Below are positions 52,851 to 63,700 of a DNA stretch of 64,000 nt, piece by piece. This DNA comes from Candidatus Omnitrophota bacterium (GTDB lineage Bacteria; Omnitrophota; Gorgyraeia; Gygaellales; Profunditerraquicolaceae). The DNA lies in NCBI GenBank assembly GCA_026416665.1, contig JAOAET010000028.1, positions 3,706 to 67,705 on the forward strand, given 5' to 3'. Under the pieces are notes generated by a model. It made no database searches and was not told the DNA's origin. It saw only the letters and a list, made by a program, of their open reading frames with translations. Position numbers and translations under genes: made by a program. Each line of letters starts with the position of its first letter. The first letter of the stretch is position 1.

Positions 52851-52877
52851 TATTATATTTTATTATATTTTATTATA
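52851..52877. repeat. AT-rich 10-bp tandem direct repeat (TATTATATTT x2.7) in a promoter region
   Basis: tattatattt tattatattt tattata, read directly, 65-90 nt upstream of the REC gene start at 52787. Confidence 0.5.
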
Positions 52878-52893
52878 ACAATTTTATCAAACT

Positions 52894-54606
52894 TTAGTTA
52901 ATGGAAAAAGTTAAGGTAACGGTAGTGCCTATTTGGGGAGTGCTTTGGAAATCAATACTGGCATTAAACTGGGAAAGTATTCTCTTTACCACAGAAATTC
53001 CTAAACCTAAACCCCTACCAGGTTGTTTAGTTGTAAAAAACGGTGTACCTATCTGTTTTAGATATTCCGGTAATATTCCCATTCCTGTGTCTGTAATACT
53101 TACTACTAAAGATTTCTTTGGTTTATCATAAATAGCTTTAACTGTAATTTTCCTTTCTTTTTCAGGTGGATTAGATTCTAAGGCATCCTTGGCATTAGCT
53201 AAGAGATTAAGAAATACCTGTTGTAATTGATTCTCATCTCCAAACAACTTAGGTAGTACCGATTCAAAATATGTCTGTGTCTTTATTGAAAGATTATTAA
53301 ACTCCACACTCATCAAATCTATTGACTTAAAGATTACTTTCTCCAAATCAATTGTTTTTCGTTCCTGGGTAGTTTTACGAGAAAATTGGCAAATACTTCC
53401 AATAATCTCCTTCATTCGGTCGGCTTGTTCTATAATCTTATCTAAATCCTTTCGTAAAGGATTATCGGGCTGTAAATCATAATATGCTGCCTGGGCAAAA
53501 CCTTTTATTCCTGTAAGAGGCTGATTTAATTCATGAGAAATACTTGCGGCAATCTGTCCCATAAAAGCAAGTTTTGAAGCATGTAGAAGCTCTTCCTGAG
53601 TCTTTTTTAATTCTGTTAAATCACGAATTGATTCTATTGCTCCAATTAAATTTCCCTTACTATCGTATAAAGGGCTAGCAACACCTGATAAATACGCCCC
53701 TTTATTATTATAAACACAAGGCACAAAAGTCTCTGCGTATAATATCCCATTATTTTCTTTTATATTTATGTATTTTTCTCTTACTTGCGGAGTATTTTTT
53801 AAAACAAGGTCAATCAAAATAGGTCTACGTTCACCGTAAAAAGGCAAGGCATATTCGTAGTTGCCTTTACCAATTATCTGCGCTGCTTTTATACCGGTCA
53901 TCTTCTCAATTGCCTTATTCCACGCAGTAACTCTGCCATTTTTATCAATTACAAAAGTAGCATCAGGCAAAAAATTGAGGATATTAAATAATTGGTTACG
54001 AGCCTCTTCAATTTCTGCTAATACCTTTTCTTTTTCAGTTATGTCCAGAAAAACACCAATTATTTTTTTTACTTTTCCTCTCTCAGTTACGGCATAACCG
54101 ATAGCCCTAAGGAATAACTGCTCTTTATTAGTATTATCCATCAACTCTATCTCTATATCAAAAGGTAAACCCTGCTTCACAGAGAAAAAGAACGCTTTTC
54201 TTAAGACATCCATAGACTCTAATGTGTAACTAAACCTATTAAGTTTAAAATGTTGAACAATGTTTTTCTGAAGAGAAACTTTTTGAGAAAAAAACATCTT
54301 TGGACAAGGTACAATTGCCTGTTTCTGTAGATTAAACTCCCAACCTCCTAGGTGTTCTAAACGTATGCTCTGTTCTAAGAATCTATCTGCTAGAATAAGG
54401 CATTCTTGGTCCTTTAACTGTTCTTTGTTTCTTTTATGTCCTGTATGAGATATCTTAAAACTTTCCGCTTTTTTTAGGGAAGACAGTTTCAATAAATTTG
54501 CTTGAATGTTAGATGCCCGTGAAACCTTAGATACCTGTTTTCTAAATTGCTTAAGTAATCTTTTTTCCCTTAAGGTATTTCTCTTTTTCTTATTGGTTTT
54601 AGCCAT
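52894..54606 (-). CDS. Cytoplasmic PAS-PAS histidine kinase
   Basis: Basic N-terminus, two PAS-like modules, HisKA ([10 protein letters not shown]), HATPase (GRGLGLGIS). The second PAS is a close paralog of the PAS in the 47614..49698 kinase. Confidence 0.85.
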   Translation of the reverse strand: [570 protein letters not shown]

Positions 54607-54730
54607 GCTTATCCTTTCTTAGATTTTCCCATTTATTTTTTTATGCTATTCCTGTTATTTTCTTCATAAAAACTCAACGGACTTTCAGGAGAATTACCTT
54701 ATAAAATAACCTGCATATTATTTAAAAATA

Positions 54731-54768
54731 AAAAAGCTATTTTACTGTTTTGGTAAAATAGCTTTTAA
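54731..54768 (-). terminator. Rho-independent terminator after the HTH-REC gene
   Basis: 11-bp perfect stem AGCTATTTTAC / GTAAAATAGCT flanked by A- and T-runs. Confidence 0.65.
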
Positions 54769-54814
54769 AGAAAGCATCTTTTTCCTCCTTACCCTCCAAA
54801 AAGGAGTAAAAAAA

Positions 54815-55378
54815 CTATTTTTGTCTTGCAGCCTCTAGAACTTTTTTCATCTCCTCCAAATCAAAAGGTTTGGCTATAGAAGTAAAAGCACCTAATCGTG
54901 CTGCCTCAATACTAGTCTCTAAATCTGCAAATGCACTTAAGATAATAACCGGTATAGATTTATCAAATGCCTTTATTCTTTTTAAGGTATCTATACCACT
55001 TAAACCGGGCATCCGCAGATCTAAGAGCACCACATCTGGCCTAGTTTTTTCTATTAATGCAAGACCTTCTTCCCCCGAAGAAGCAGTTAAAACCTGATAA
55101 TCAGCAAGTGCCTTTACGAAGTATTCACGGATAGCTTTTTCATCATCAATTATCAAAATTGTAGGTTTTGGTTTTGCCGTTTTATAATGCTGGGATAAAA
55201 TTGTTTTATCTTTTACCTGCGACATAAGCCATTGGTCAATAAGCTCTTTCTTAAAACGCCATTCACTGGAAATCTTGAAGGCAGGAATTTTACCTTCCCG
55301 TGCAAGCTTATACACAGTCATTTTGTTCATTTTAAGGTACTTAGCGGTCTGCTTTATATCCATTAAACTATCTTCCAT
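54815..55378 (-). CDS. Response regulator with N-terminal excisionase/MerR-type HTH and C-terminal receiver
   Basis: N-terminus IKQTAKYLKMNKMTVYKLAREGKIPAFKI (HTH_17-like); C-terminus ILIIDDEKAIRE...DLRMPGLSG (REC). Confidence 0.75.
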   Translation of the reverse strand: MEDSLMDIKQTAKYLKMNKMTVYKLAREGKIPAFKISSEWRFKKELIDQWLMSQVKDKTILSQHYKTAKPKPTILIIDDEKAIREYFVKALADYQVLTASSGEEGLALIEKTRPDVVLLDLRMPGLSGIDTLKRIKAFDKSIPVIILSAFADLETSIEAARLGAFTSIAKPFDLEEMKKVLEAARQK

Positions 55379-55428
55379 TTCTTTTTGTCCTCTCTTAAGT
55401 TAGAATATCCTTATTTATTATAAATAAA

Positions 55429-55812
55429 TTAATATTGTATCATATTATTTTTGATAAAATTTATCAGCTGAGCCACAGTTACAGGTTTAGCAATAAAAGG
55501 CCTGCCGGCAATAGTGTCTCCTTGAGGAGTTACTTCATAGTCTCTTATCAAGGCTGTCAGAAAACCCACTGGAATATTCTTTAACTCTGCATCTTCACTT
55601 AACTGATGGGCAATCTCACCACCGTCCATATCAGGCATTACAATATCCAAAAGTATAAAATCGGGTTTAAACTCTCTTGCCGCAGGAAGGGCGCGAATTC
55701 CTTTTGTTTCAGTTCGCACTTCAAACTCACCTGTTTGTTCAAGATTTAGCTTTACTAAACGACAGAAACTTTCTTCATCATCAACTATTAGAATCTTTTT
55801 TCTGCCCTTCAT
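55429..55812 (-). CDS. Single-domain response regulator
   Basis: REC domain (ILIVDDEESF...DIVMPDMDG). Confidence 0.8.
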   Translation of the reverse strand: MKGRKKILIVDDEESFCRLVKLNLEQTGEFEVRTETKGIRALPAAREFKPDFILLDIVMPDMDGGEIAHQLSEDAELKNIPVGFLTALIRDYEVTPQGDTIAGRPFIAKPVTVAQLINFIKNNMIQY

Positions 55813-57130
55813 CGTAAACCTCCTTCTGGTGAACTTTTAATGCAATCTCAACAATGACTCCTTTTCCTTGTTCAATTGGTTTATTGCGGATACTAATTAA
55901 TCCTTTATGGGAGGCAATAATGTTATTTACTACTGCCAATCCTAAGCCTGTTCCGCCTTGATTACGTTTGGTAGTAAAAAAAGGGTCAAAAACTTTAGAA
56001 AGATTTTGCTCGGGAATGCCACAACCACTGTCTTCTACAGTAATAACTAATACCTCATCTTGAGGCCGAAAATAGTCTTGTCTTCTTAAACCAATTAGAT
56101 GACTTGTGAGTTTTTCTGCCTTTATTAATCTCACCTTTATTTCTAATCTTCCACCTTCTGGCATTGCATGAATAGAATTTTCAAATAAGTTTATAAACAC
56201 TTGGGTCATTTTATTTACATCAATCAATGTTAATGGCAGATCAATAGGAATATCCTTCTCTACATTAATGTGAAATTTGTCCAATTGATGTTTTAATAGT
56301 AAGAGTGCCTTATCAATAGGTTGGTTTATCTGAACTGGTTGATTATCTAATTTTGAGATACTGGAAAAATCTAAAACACCCTTTATGATTGCGTCTGCGC
56401 GCATTGTTGCTTCTTTAAGGTCATTAAGAACAACAGTAATATCCTTCTCATAGATAGGAATTTTTTTTTCTAAATATTCAGTTGCCTGTAAAATAATTGC
56501 AAGAGGGTTTTTTACTTCATGAGCTATTCCAGAAGCAAGGCGTCCAATAGTTTCCATCTTTTCTGCTTGAATAAGTTGGGATTGTGTAGTTTTAAGCTCT
56601 TCGATAACTTTGCGTAATTGTTGTTCGGTGGCGTTCCTTTTGTTAATTTCAATTTCTAACTGACTTATTGTCTGTTGAAGTTGTTCTGTCCTCTGATTAA
56701 CCTGTTGTTCTAATTTCTCAGCGTAAAGTCGTAATTGCTCAAGCAATCGTTTACGTTCAATAGCATAACGTATAGAACGTTTAAGGGTCTGCGCATCAAC
56801 TGCTCCCTTAACAAGATAATCTTGAGCACCTGCATCTAAGGCCTCTAAAGCTAAATTCTCATCTGCAACACGTGTTAAAACTACAATGGGAATAAGCGGT
56901 TGTGCTTTCTGAACTTTCAGAAAAGTATCTAGACCTATGCCGTCGGGAAGAGTCAAATCCAAAAGAATTAATTGGCAAGTCTGTTGCTTTAAAAAAGAAA
57001 AAGCCTCAGAGAGATTTGGAACCTGAAATAATATAAAGTCTTTTAGTGCTGGCTCATTAAAAATATCCTTAACTATCCGTGCATCAAAGGCACTATCTTC
57101 CACCAATAAGATTTTTGTTTTAGTATCCAT
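55781..57130 (-). CDS. Hybrid REC-histidine kinase
   Basis: N-terminal REC (ILLVEDSAFD...DLTLPDGIG), coiled coil, HisKA (HEVKNPLAII), HATPase (GTGLGLAVV). Confidence 0.85.
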   Translation of the reverse strand: MDTKTKILLVEDSAFDARIVKDIFNEPALKDFILFQVPNLSEAFSFLKQQTCQLILLDLTLPDGIGLDTFLKVQKAQPLIPIVVLTRVADENLALEALDAGAQDYLVKGAVDAQTLKRSIRYAIERKRLLEQLRLYAEKLEQQVNQRTEQLQQTISQLEIEINKRNATEQQLRKVIEELKTTQSQLIQAEKMETIGRLASGIAHEVKNPLAIILQATEYLEKKIPIYEKDITVVLNDLKEATMRADAIIKGVLDFSSISKLDNQPVQINQPIDKALLLLKHQLDKFHINVEKDIPIDLPLTLIDVNKMTQVFINLFENSIHAMPEGGRLEIKVRLIKAEKLTSHLIGLRRQDYFRPQDEVLVITVEDSGCGIPEQNLSKVFDPFFTTKRNQGGTGLGLAVVNNIIASHKGLISIRNKPIEQGKGVIVEIALKVHQKEVYDEGQKKDSNS

Positions 57131-57431
57131 AAACTGGATTTGTTTTCGACTTTCTCGTAATTAATAAAATTTATTACGGTTAGGTAAAATTTCTTGCTGC
57201 TAATATCAATTTACTATGACTAACTCTTTAATTTTAAATCAATAATTTCTTAATTTATATATTTTACCATTTTTTAATATTTGCGCATCAGATTTTAATC
57301 ATTTTAAAAATATTTTTTGCAAAATTTAGTTTGTCTAAAAATATCTTAAATTTTTTTAGTTTTATCATTAACAAAAATTTATACCTCAACTAGCTAATGT
57401 CAACTATAATCTACACTACACACTTTGATAC

Positions 57432-57755
57432 TCAAATAGAATTATTCTGTAATATAGACTCTAGCTTAATACCTATTCTAAACTGTGCAGGGGCTATCTT
57501 TTTTTGCCAAACAATTGTCCCTTGCCTATAGATTGGCTGTTGGTTTTCCTGTAACATAACCCAAATATCTACGATTGCTTTTCTTACCATCACTCTTTTG
57601 GTAATAACTCCGAGGCCGTTTGCACTTATATCACAACATACACCTCTACGTAGAGCAATTCTTTTAGTATCAATAAGACGAAGCGGTAAATTACAATTAA
57701 GACGCCTAAATGTTCTTCTTTCTTTTCTATCTACAATATCCATATTATTAAACAC
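57432..57755 (-). CDS. PilZ-domain c-di-GMP-binding protein
   Basis: RRTFRR (RxxxR) and DISANGLG (DxSxxG). The start codon overlaps the stop region of the giant ORF by 8 nt. Confidence 0.6.
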   Translation of the reverse strand: MFNNMDIVDRKERRTFRRLNCNLPLRLIDTKRIALRRGVCCDISANGLGVITKRVMVRKAIVDIWVMLQENQQPIYRQGTIVWQKKIAPAQFRIGIKLESILQNNSI

Positions 57756-60700
57756 TCCCAGTAAATTCAGACAATTGTAAAAGTTGTTTCTCTATTCGCC
57801 AGCTTATTTTCTGTGCCTCTACTTTAATCTCATCAAGAATCCGAAAATCCACATAGTTTACCAATTCCATAATAAAGAATATTTTGTTTTGGTAACGTAA
57901 AAACCATTCAAGAGGTAATCCCTTTGCGGTAGTGTCATAACTATTCATATTTTTGTTGAATTCGTTGCTTAATGGATTTATTTCTTCTTGTAAATTTGTA
58001 AGTAATATCGTATTCTTTCCTGCTCCCTTTTTCCTTCCCAGCTTAATACATACCAAAGCCCCCACTTTTTCTGTATCTTTTTTAAAATAAATTAATTTAT
58101 AACCCACAAAGTGGTATGGGGGTATGTAACATTCTAAAATATCTGAAATATCTGACTTGTAATTTTGTTTCTGAGGTACTGGTCTGCTGTGTCTTTCCTT
58201 ACAAGGAAGAACTAGATTGCCTCCATCTTTGTCCCTAAAGGTTTTTGGGGATTCTGGCATTTTCCTAGTATCATTGTCCGATTTAATCTTGCATATTCTG
58301 ATTAAAGTAGTCGGACCTATGTCTTTAGCTGTATAACCAGCTAATTCGGAAGTTCTCAATAATTCATCAAACTGGAATCGATTGTTTGAAAAGTAATCAA
58401 AAAAGAAGAGTCCTTTGTCTTTTAAAACTCGCACTATTTCTTTTAATACAGGTAGAGAAATATCTTCAAGGGCAGTAGAGGTATAAACAATATCTATAGA
58501 ACTATTCTTTATAAATGGCAACCAAGCTGCATCTGCTGTCCTTAACAATAAATTTTTAGGCAAAGTAGATACACCATTTATACCTTTCTTCTTTAACTTA
58601 TAAACCTCTTCTATCTTCCAAGAAATCCCCTCATCAAAATCAACCAAAAAGCGATAAGCAGAAATCTCCTTGGCTAAACGAATAGTATCGGTCTGCCTAT
58701 CTATAGCAATAACTTCTTTAAAATTACCTTTAGTAGCAGCAATTAATGCAAAACCACCCCAACCGCAACCTAACTCCAGTAATCGTTTTTTTTCTGGAGA
58801 TTCTACATATCTTAAAACAATATCCAATTGTTCAGCCGGAGTCAAATCGCCCCAACAGCGGTATCTAACTAACTGTTTAAATTCTTGGGCAGTAAGTTTT
58901 CCTAACCAACCGCCGTCATGTTTATTTACTTCTTTATCTAATCCTTCTTTTTTCTCTCCAAATCTACTACTATCTGTGATATTAAATTTTTGTGAATTAA
59001 GAGACATTCCTTTTTTACGTAAATAAAAAGTATGGCGAGATTTTTTGTATCTTACTGGTTCAAAATTCATTTTTATTTGGTCATCTATTTCCTGAGGAAA
59101 TTTATAGATGAGTAAATCTGCTTTTATGCGTTCAGCTAAATCAATTAAATGCTGAGTAAGTTCTGGATATGGTCTGATGGCATAAATAAGGTTGGCATTA
59201 TCATATATATCATTGCAAGGTTTTGTTACATCATCTCTTACAACTTGCACATCAATTGCATATTTTTCTAAGGCAGTGGACGTCTCTTTAAGTAATAAAG
59301 GATTAACATCTGTAGCAATTACTTCTAAGTTAGCAGGTCCGCGTTTTTTAATGTATGCACAAACCCACCATACCGCCCCTACTCCTATCTCTACTATTTT
59401 TCTTGCTTTTGAATAATTTTGAAGAATATAGTAAGCTATTGCCCTTCCGATCTCATCGCGTCTAAGGTGTTCTTGAATCGAGAAACTATTGTTTTCTCCT
59501 CCATCTTTTTGCCACCAAGAAACAAGTTCTCCATATGTTGAGCTATAAAATTGTCCTTCATAATTAAATTTAATATCATCATCCTCAGAAATTTTGCATT
59601 GACCTTTCTTTCTATGTGTGCCTTTTAATTCCATCAACTTTTGGTATTCCTCTAAGGGACTACTTATATAAGGTCCATAAGGAAAGTCCTGTGGTAGAGA
59701 AAACCACTCTCTTTTTCTAGTTTGTTTACGTTGTTCCCAAGTAAGCTCATAATATATATTATAAAAAACAGCTATTCCCTTTGGTCGCAGAATGTCGTTT
59801 GTGGCCTTCCAAGTATTCTTGGAACCTTCTATCCCAAGTATTTCAGTTCCTGTGCTTAAACTACCGTATATAAAATCTATACTTTTCTCTTTGAAAACAT
59901 ATTTTAAGTCAAGACAAGACATATAGTAAACAGAGCATTTTTCTTTTAGGTTGTCTTTCCCTTTAATCTGCCTTGCTAAGTCTTCTACGTTTTCCTTTAA
60001 TACTTCTACAAGATATATAGCTTCTGGTTTTATTCGTTCTGCCAAATACTCAGCTTCAGTAAGCCATTTTCCAGGACCAAGAATCATTACTACTTCATAT
60101 GTAGAAATATCATGTTGTTTTAAACATCGTAAACTCTCTTTTATTCTTTGTTCTGCATCTAAATACATCTTATGGTCACGGCCTTGATAAGTGGCATCTT
60201 CAGCAATTACTTCTTCAGCTAAACTAATATGTCCTGGTTGCGCTGGGATGTCTTTTTTTGTGCATTGTTGGTTTTTAAAAGATAGAACAACAGGCTTATA
60301 CCTATCAATATCACCTCCATCACAGCCTTCAATAAGACTATTCCAGAACCTTGCATAGCGCTGGTTCGGTAATAAAGTTTCTTTCACCCATTGCATTAAC
60401 CAGTTTTTACTCCAAATTTTTCCATAACGGCTTCTAAAATCTCTAGCAGTATTGGGATCAATATAAAGCTGGTAACTATTTTGTGTCTTTCTTTTACTCT
60501 TCCAAACATCGGGATGGAAAATATCACTCCATGAAATTAGACACAATTCTTGTGGCTTAAGAACCTTGTTCCAGACAAGCGCAGCTATCTCAAGAAGTAA
60601 GAATACATCAAGGTAATTTTTATTGGTTTTAGGATTTTTCTGGAATTTAGAAAAAGGATAAGGTGAAAGGTAAAAACTTACTTTAGCGCCTTCTGCACAC

Positions 60701-63700
60701 TTCTCTAAAAACTTGCCATCTATTATAAATCTTACATTTCCTTTTTCCAGCCAGGAAAATTTTTCTTGGAACTTTTTAGGAATAACTCCTGATAATCTAG
60801 AAACCCAGAATTTTATCTGTCCAAAATTAGTAAATTTGTCAAAAGTCTTAATAATAATAATTCCATCATAATTGTAAGGTTTAGTATATGTAGGATTAAT
60901 TGTCTGCACAGCCACTATCTCAGCAATTTTTTTATTAAATAAGTTTAATACTTCTGCTTTTACTTTATAAACACCTTGCTGGTTATCTTCTGGTGAATAA
61001 ATTCGTATAGTTGCCCTAATAAGAAATGGAAAAGAAGTTAACTTAACCTCTCCACCATCTTTGTAGGTGTTTAAAGAATAATTTTTGTGTAAGTAACTTT
61101 GAATTACTATCTTTAGCTTTTTAATCTCTGGCAAAAACCCTAATGGGGCTTTTCTATAACCTACTCCAAAACAGTTCCAGAATTTCTCCGCTTTTTTATC
61201 TAAAGGTAAAATTTGTATTTCTTTAAAATTATGTTTTTCAAAGTAATTACAAATAGATAAAACAAGCCGAGAACCAATTTTTTGCCGTCTTAAAAATGGG
61301 TGCAAGTGAATAGAACTAAGTTCAATACAAAATTCGTCAATTTTGCTTATTTCAAGCCACACTAAATACTCAAGCCCAATGCTGATAACTATCCTAAATC
61401 TTTCTTCTAAATAAGAATTCTCTACTTTTATTTTAATATTATCTGTTTCGTTTGCTTCTTCAAACCCTTTGCTTCTTTGTATTTCTCTTGCTCTTTTTAT
61501 TATCTCTTTAATTAAATCTCTCCCAATTAGTTCTAGCGCATCCTTATCAGAAATCCAAAACTCCTCACCCCCGTCTCTTGCAAGACAATTACGGTTATAT
61601 ATCTTTCCAGATTCATTATTCTTATTTATTTTAAGGGATACTTTTTTGTCATCTGCTTCTATTAATTTTATGTCTTTTAATTTAATAAAGTTTTTCTTAA
61701 AAGATATAATTATTTCATCCCAGTTTTTGCGGTCACGAGTAAACTCAACTACGCCTTTTTTATTGGGGGTGTAGATGGTTGCAGGAAGCTTCTTTATATC
61801 CAAAAGCATTGCGGCTAAAACACGGTGATGTCCATCTACAACATATCTATAATATTGAATTATACCTTTCTTAGCTTTTTGATAGTCAATATCTTCCCAG
61901 ATAATAAGTGGTTGCTTGATATTATTTGCCAAAAAGTAAATCTGTAATATTAACTTTTCAAATTGACAAATATGGCAAGTAGGTAATAACTCACTTATTG
62001 ATACATAACTTTTTTCTTGAGTAACACTGTTTAGCCCTGTGTTTTTATCTTGGTGAATAGCAAGGATATCATTTATGATATCGGAAGGATGGATAAACTT
62101 TTGCCTGCTGAATATCTCATTAATGTATTCTCTACTAAAAGTTAAATAAGAAACGTCTTTTTTATCTTTCCCGCCATCATAATTTCTCTCTTCTAAGTTT
62201 TTCTGATAATTTTTCCAAAAATTAAGATAAGCGGAGAGTTCTATTCCGTCATAGAACTCATTTATCGTCCAAATTGGTTGTCCTTTTTTAAAATGTCTTT
62301 GCTTAATACTATTTAGAACAACAATACTTACCATTCGTAGCTTACTGCTAGTATGTCTATTAAGATAATACAAACATGCAGGCAAGGCTTTTAAATCCAT
62401 AAGCGCCAATGCTTCAAAATAATGTCTGCAAACAGACAAGTTAAAATCATTAGCCATTGCTTTTAATAAGGCCGGTGTACTTTCCCTGCCTTGTAAGGCC
62501 AAAGCTGCTACAACAAGAAAGGAAAGTAACTCATTATCACTTATTCGTAATGTCTCAATTAAGAACTCTGTTGCTTTTGACCCAAGATGCCCTAATGCCT
62601 CCAAAGCAACAACTGTCAATTCCTGTTGCGCCATAGCATTAATAATGGGCTCAACTGCTTGGGTAGAACGACTGTATCCTAAAATAGCCACTGCTAAAGC
62701 CTTTGCCTCTGTATTCTCACTTTTTTCTAAAAACTTAATAAGTTCTTTAACGGCATGCTCTCCATATTTCAGAAGTGCATCCATAGCAACTAATTTTATC
62801 TGTTCATCTTCGTCTTCTAATAAACTTACAAAAATCTTAATTGACCTTTCATCTTTTAAAGAAAGTAAAACTTTGGCAGCAACCATTCGTTTCTTTTTGT
62901 CGTCCTCCTTACTTAATTGTTTTCTAAAGTAAGATAAATTTAGAATCTTTTTATTCTTCTTTCTCTGGAATTTTATTTTGTCTTTTTGGTCACCGCCGTC
63001 GAGGTTATTTTTCTCCTGTTCAAAACGATATATTTCTGCAAAACAAAGCCCGCCCTTGACAATAAATAATTGTTTTACTTTATCATAAAATATCCTTATA
63101 GGTAGTGCCTCTTCTTCAATATACGCTAACTTTAGTGCTTCAAGATGGCGTTTGGAAATACTAATTCTTCCTTCTGCTATATTCTCATAAATGTCTTCTT
63201 TATCCAGAAAATCTGTTTCATCTACCAGCTCAACTACCTGGGGTTCACCATCGCATGAAGTAGTTAAACGCAAGATTTTTCCTTTTGCAACAACTTCAAA
63301 TGCTTCATCCTCTAAGAATACCAAACCTGCATAAGGGCTGTTTACAAAAAGTTGATGCCAAAATACTTCATCATTAGTTTTTGTTCGTTTTTGACGAGGA
63401 TAACGTTGGATAAAGCGATGTTCTTGTTTCGTAACTGGTTTCTTAAGTAACGCAAGTGCCTTTTCTGGCTGGTCAATATAATCATAAAAGAAGTCAATAG
63501 CTTTTTTATGGGCTGTAATTTTTTCAGAACGCCAGCATTCATACAGTTTACCTAATATTAATTCCGCTATCACAAAATAGTAAATTCCATTTGTATCTTG
63601 AGCTAAAACCTGATAATATTCTGTACCACTTATTTCTCTAAGTAAAATTACACGAAAGCGTTCTTTACCCTCTAAAAACTCATGGTTGTCTATATTAGTT

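Noticed and set aside
57131-57431. 300-bp AT-rich region downstream of the PilZ gene, checked for a mobile-element end or att site separating the giant gene from the signalling island
   Set aside because: No inverted terminal repeats, integrase or transposase remnants, or direct target-site duplications were seen. It contains a plausible TTGACA-16-TAAATT promoter and is most simply the promoter/5' UTR of the REC-HK gene.
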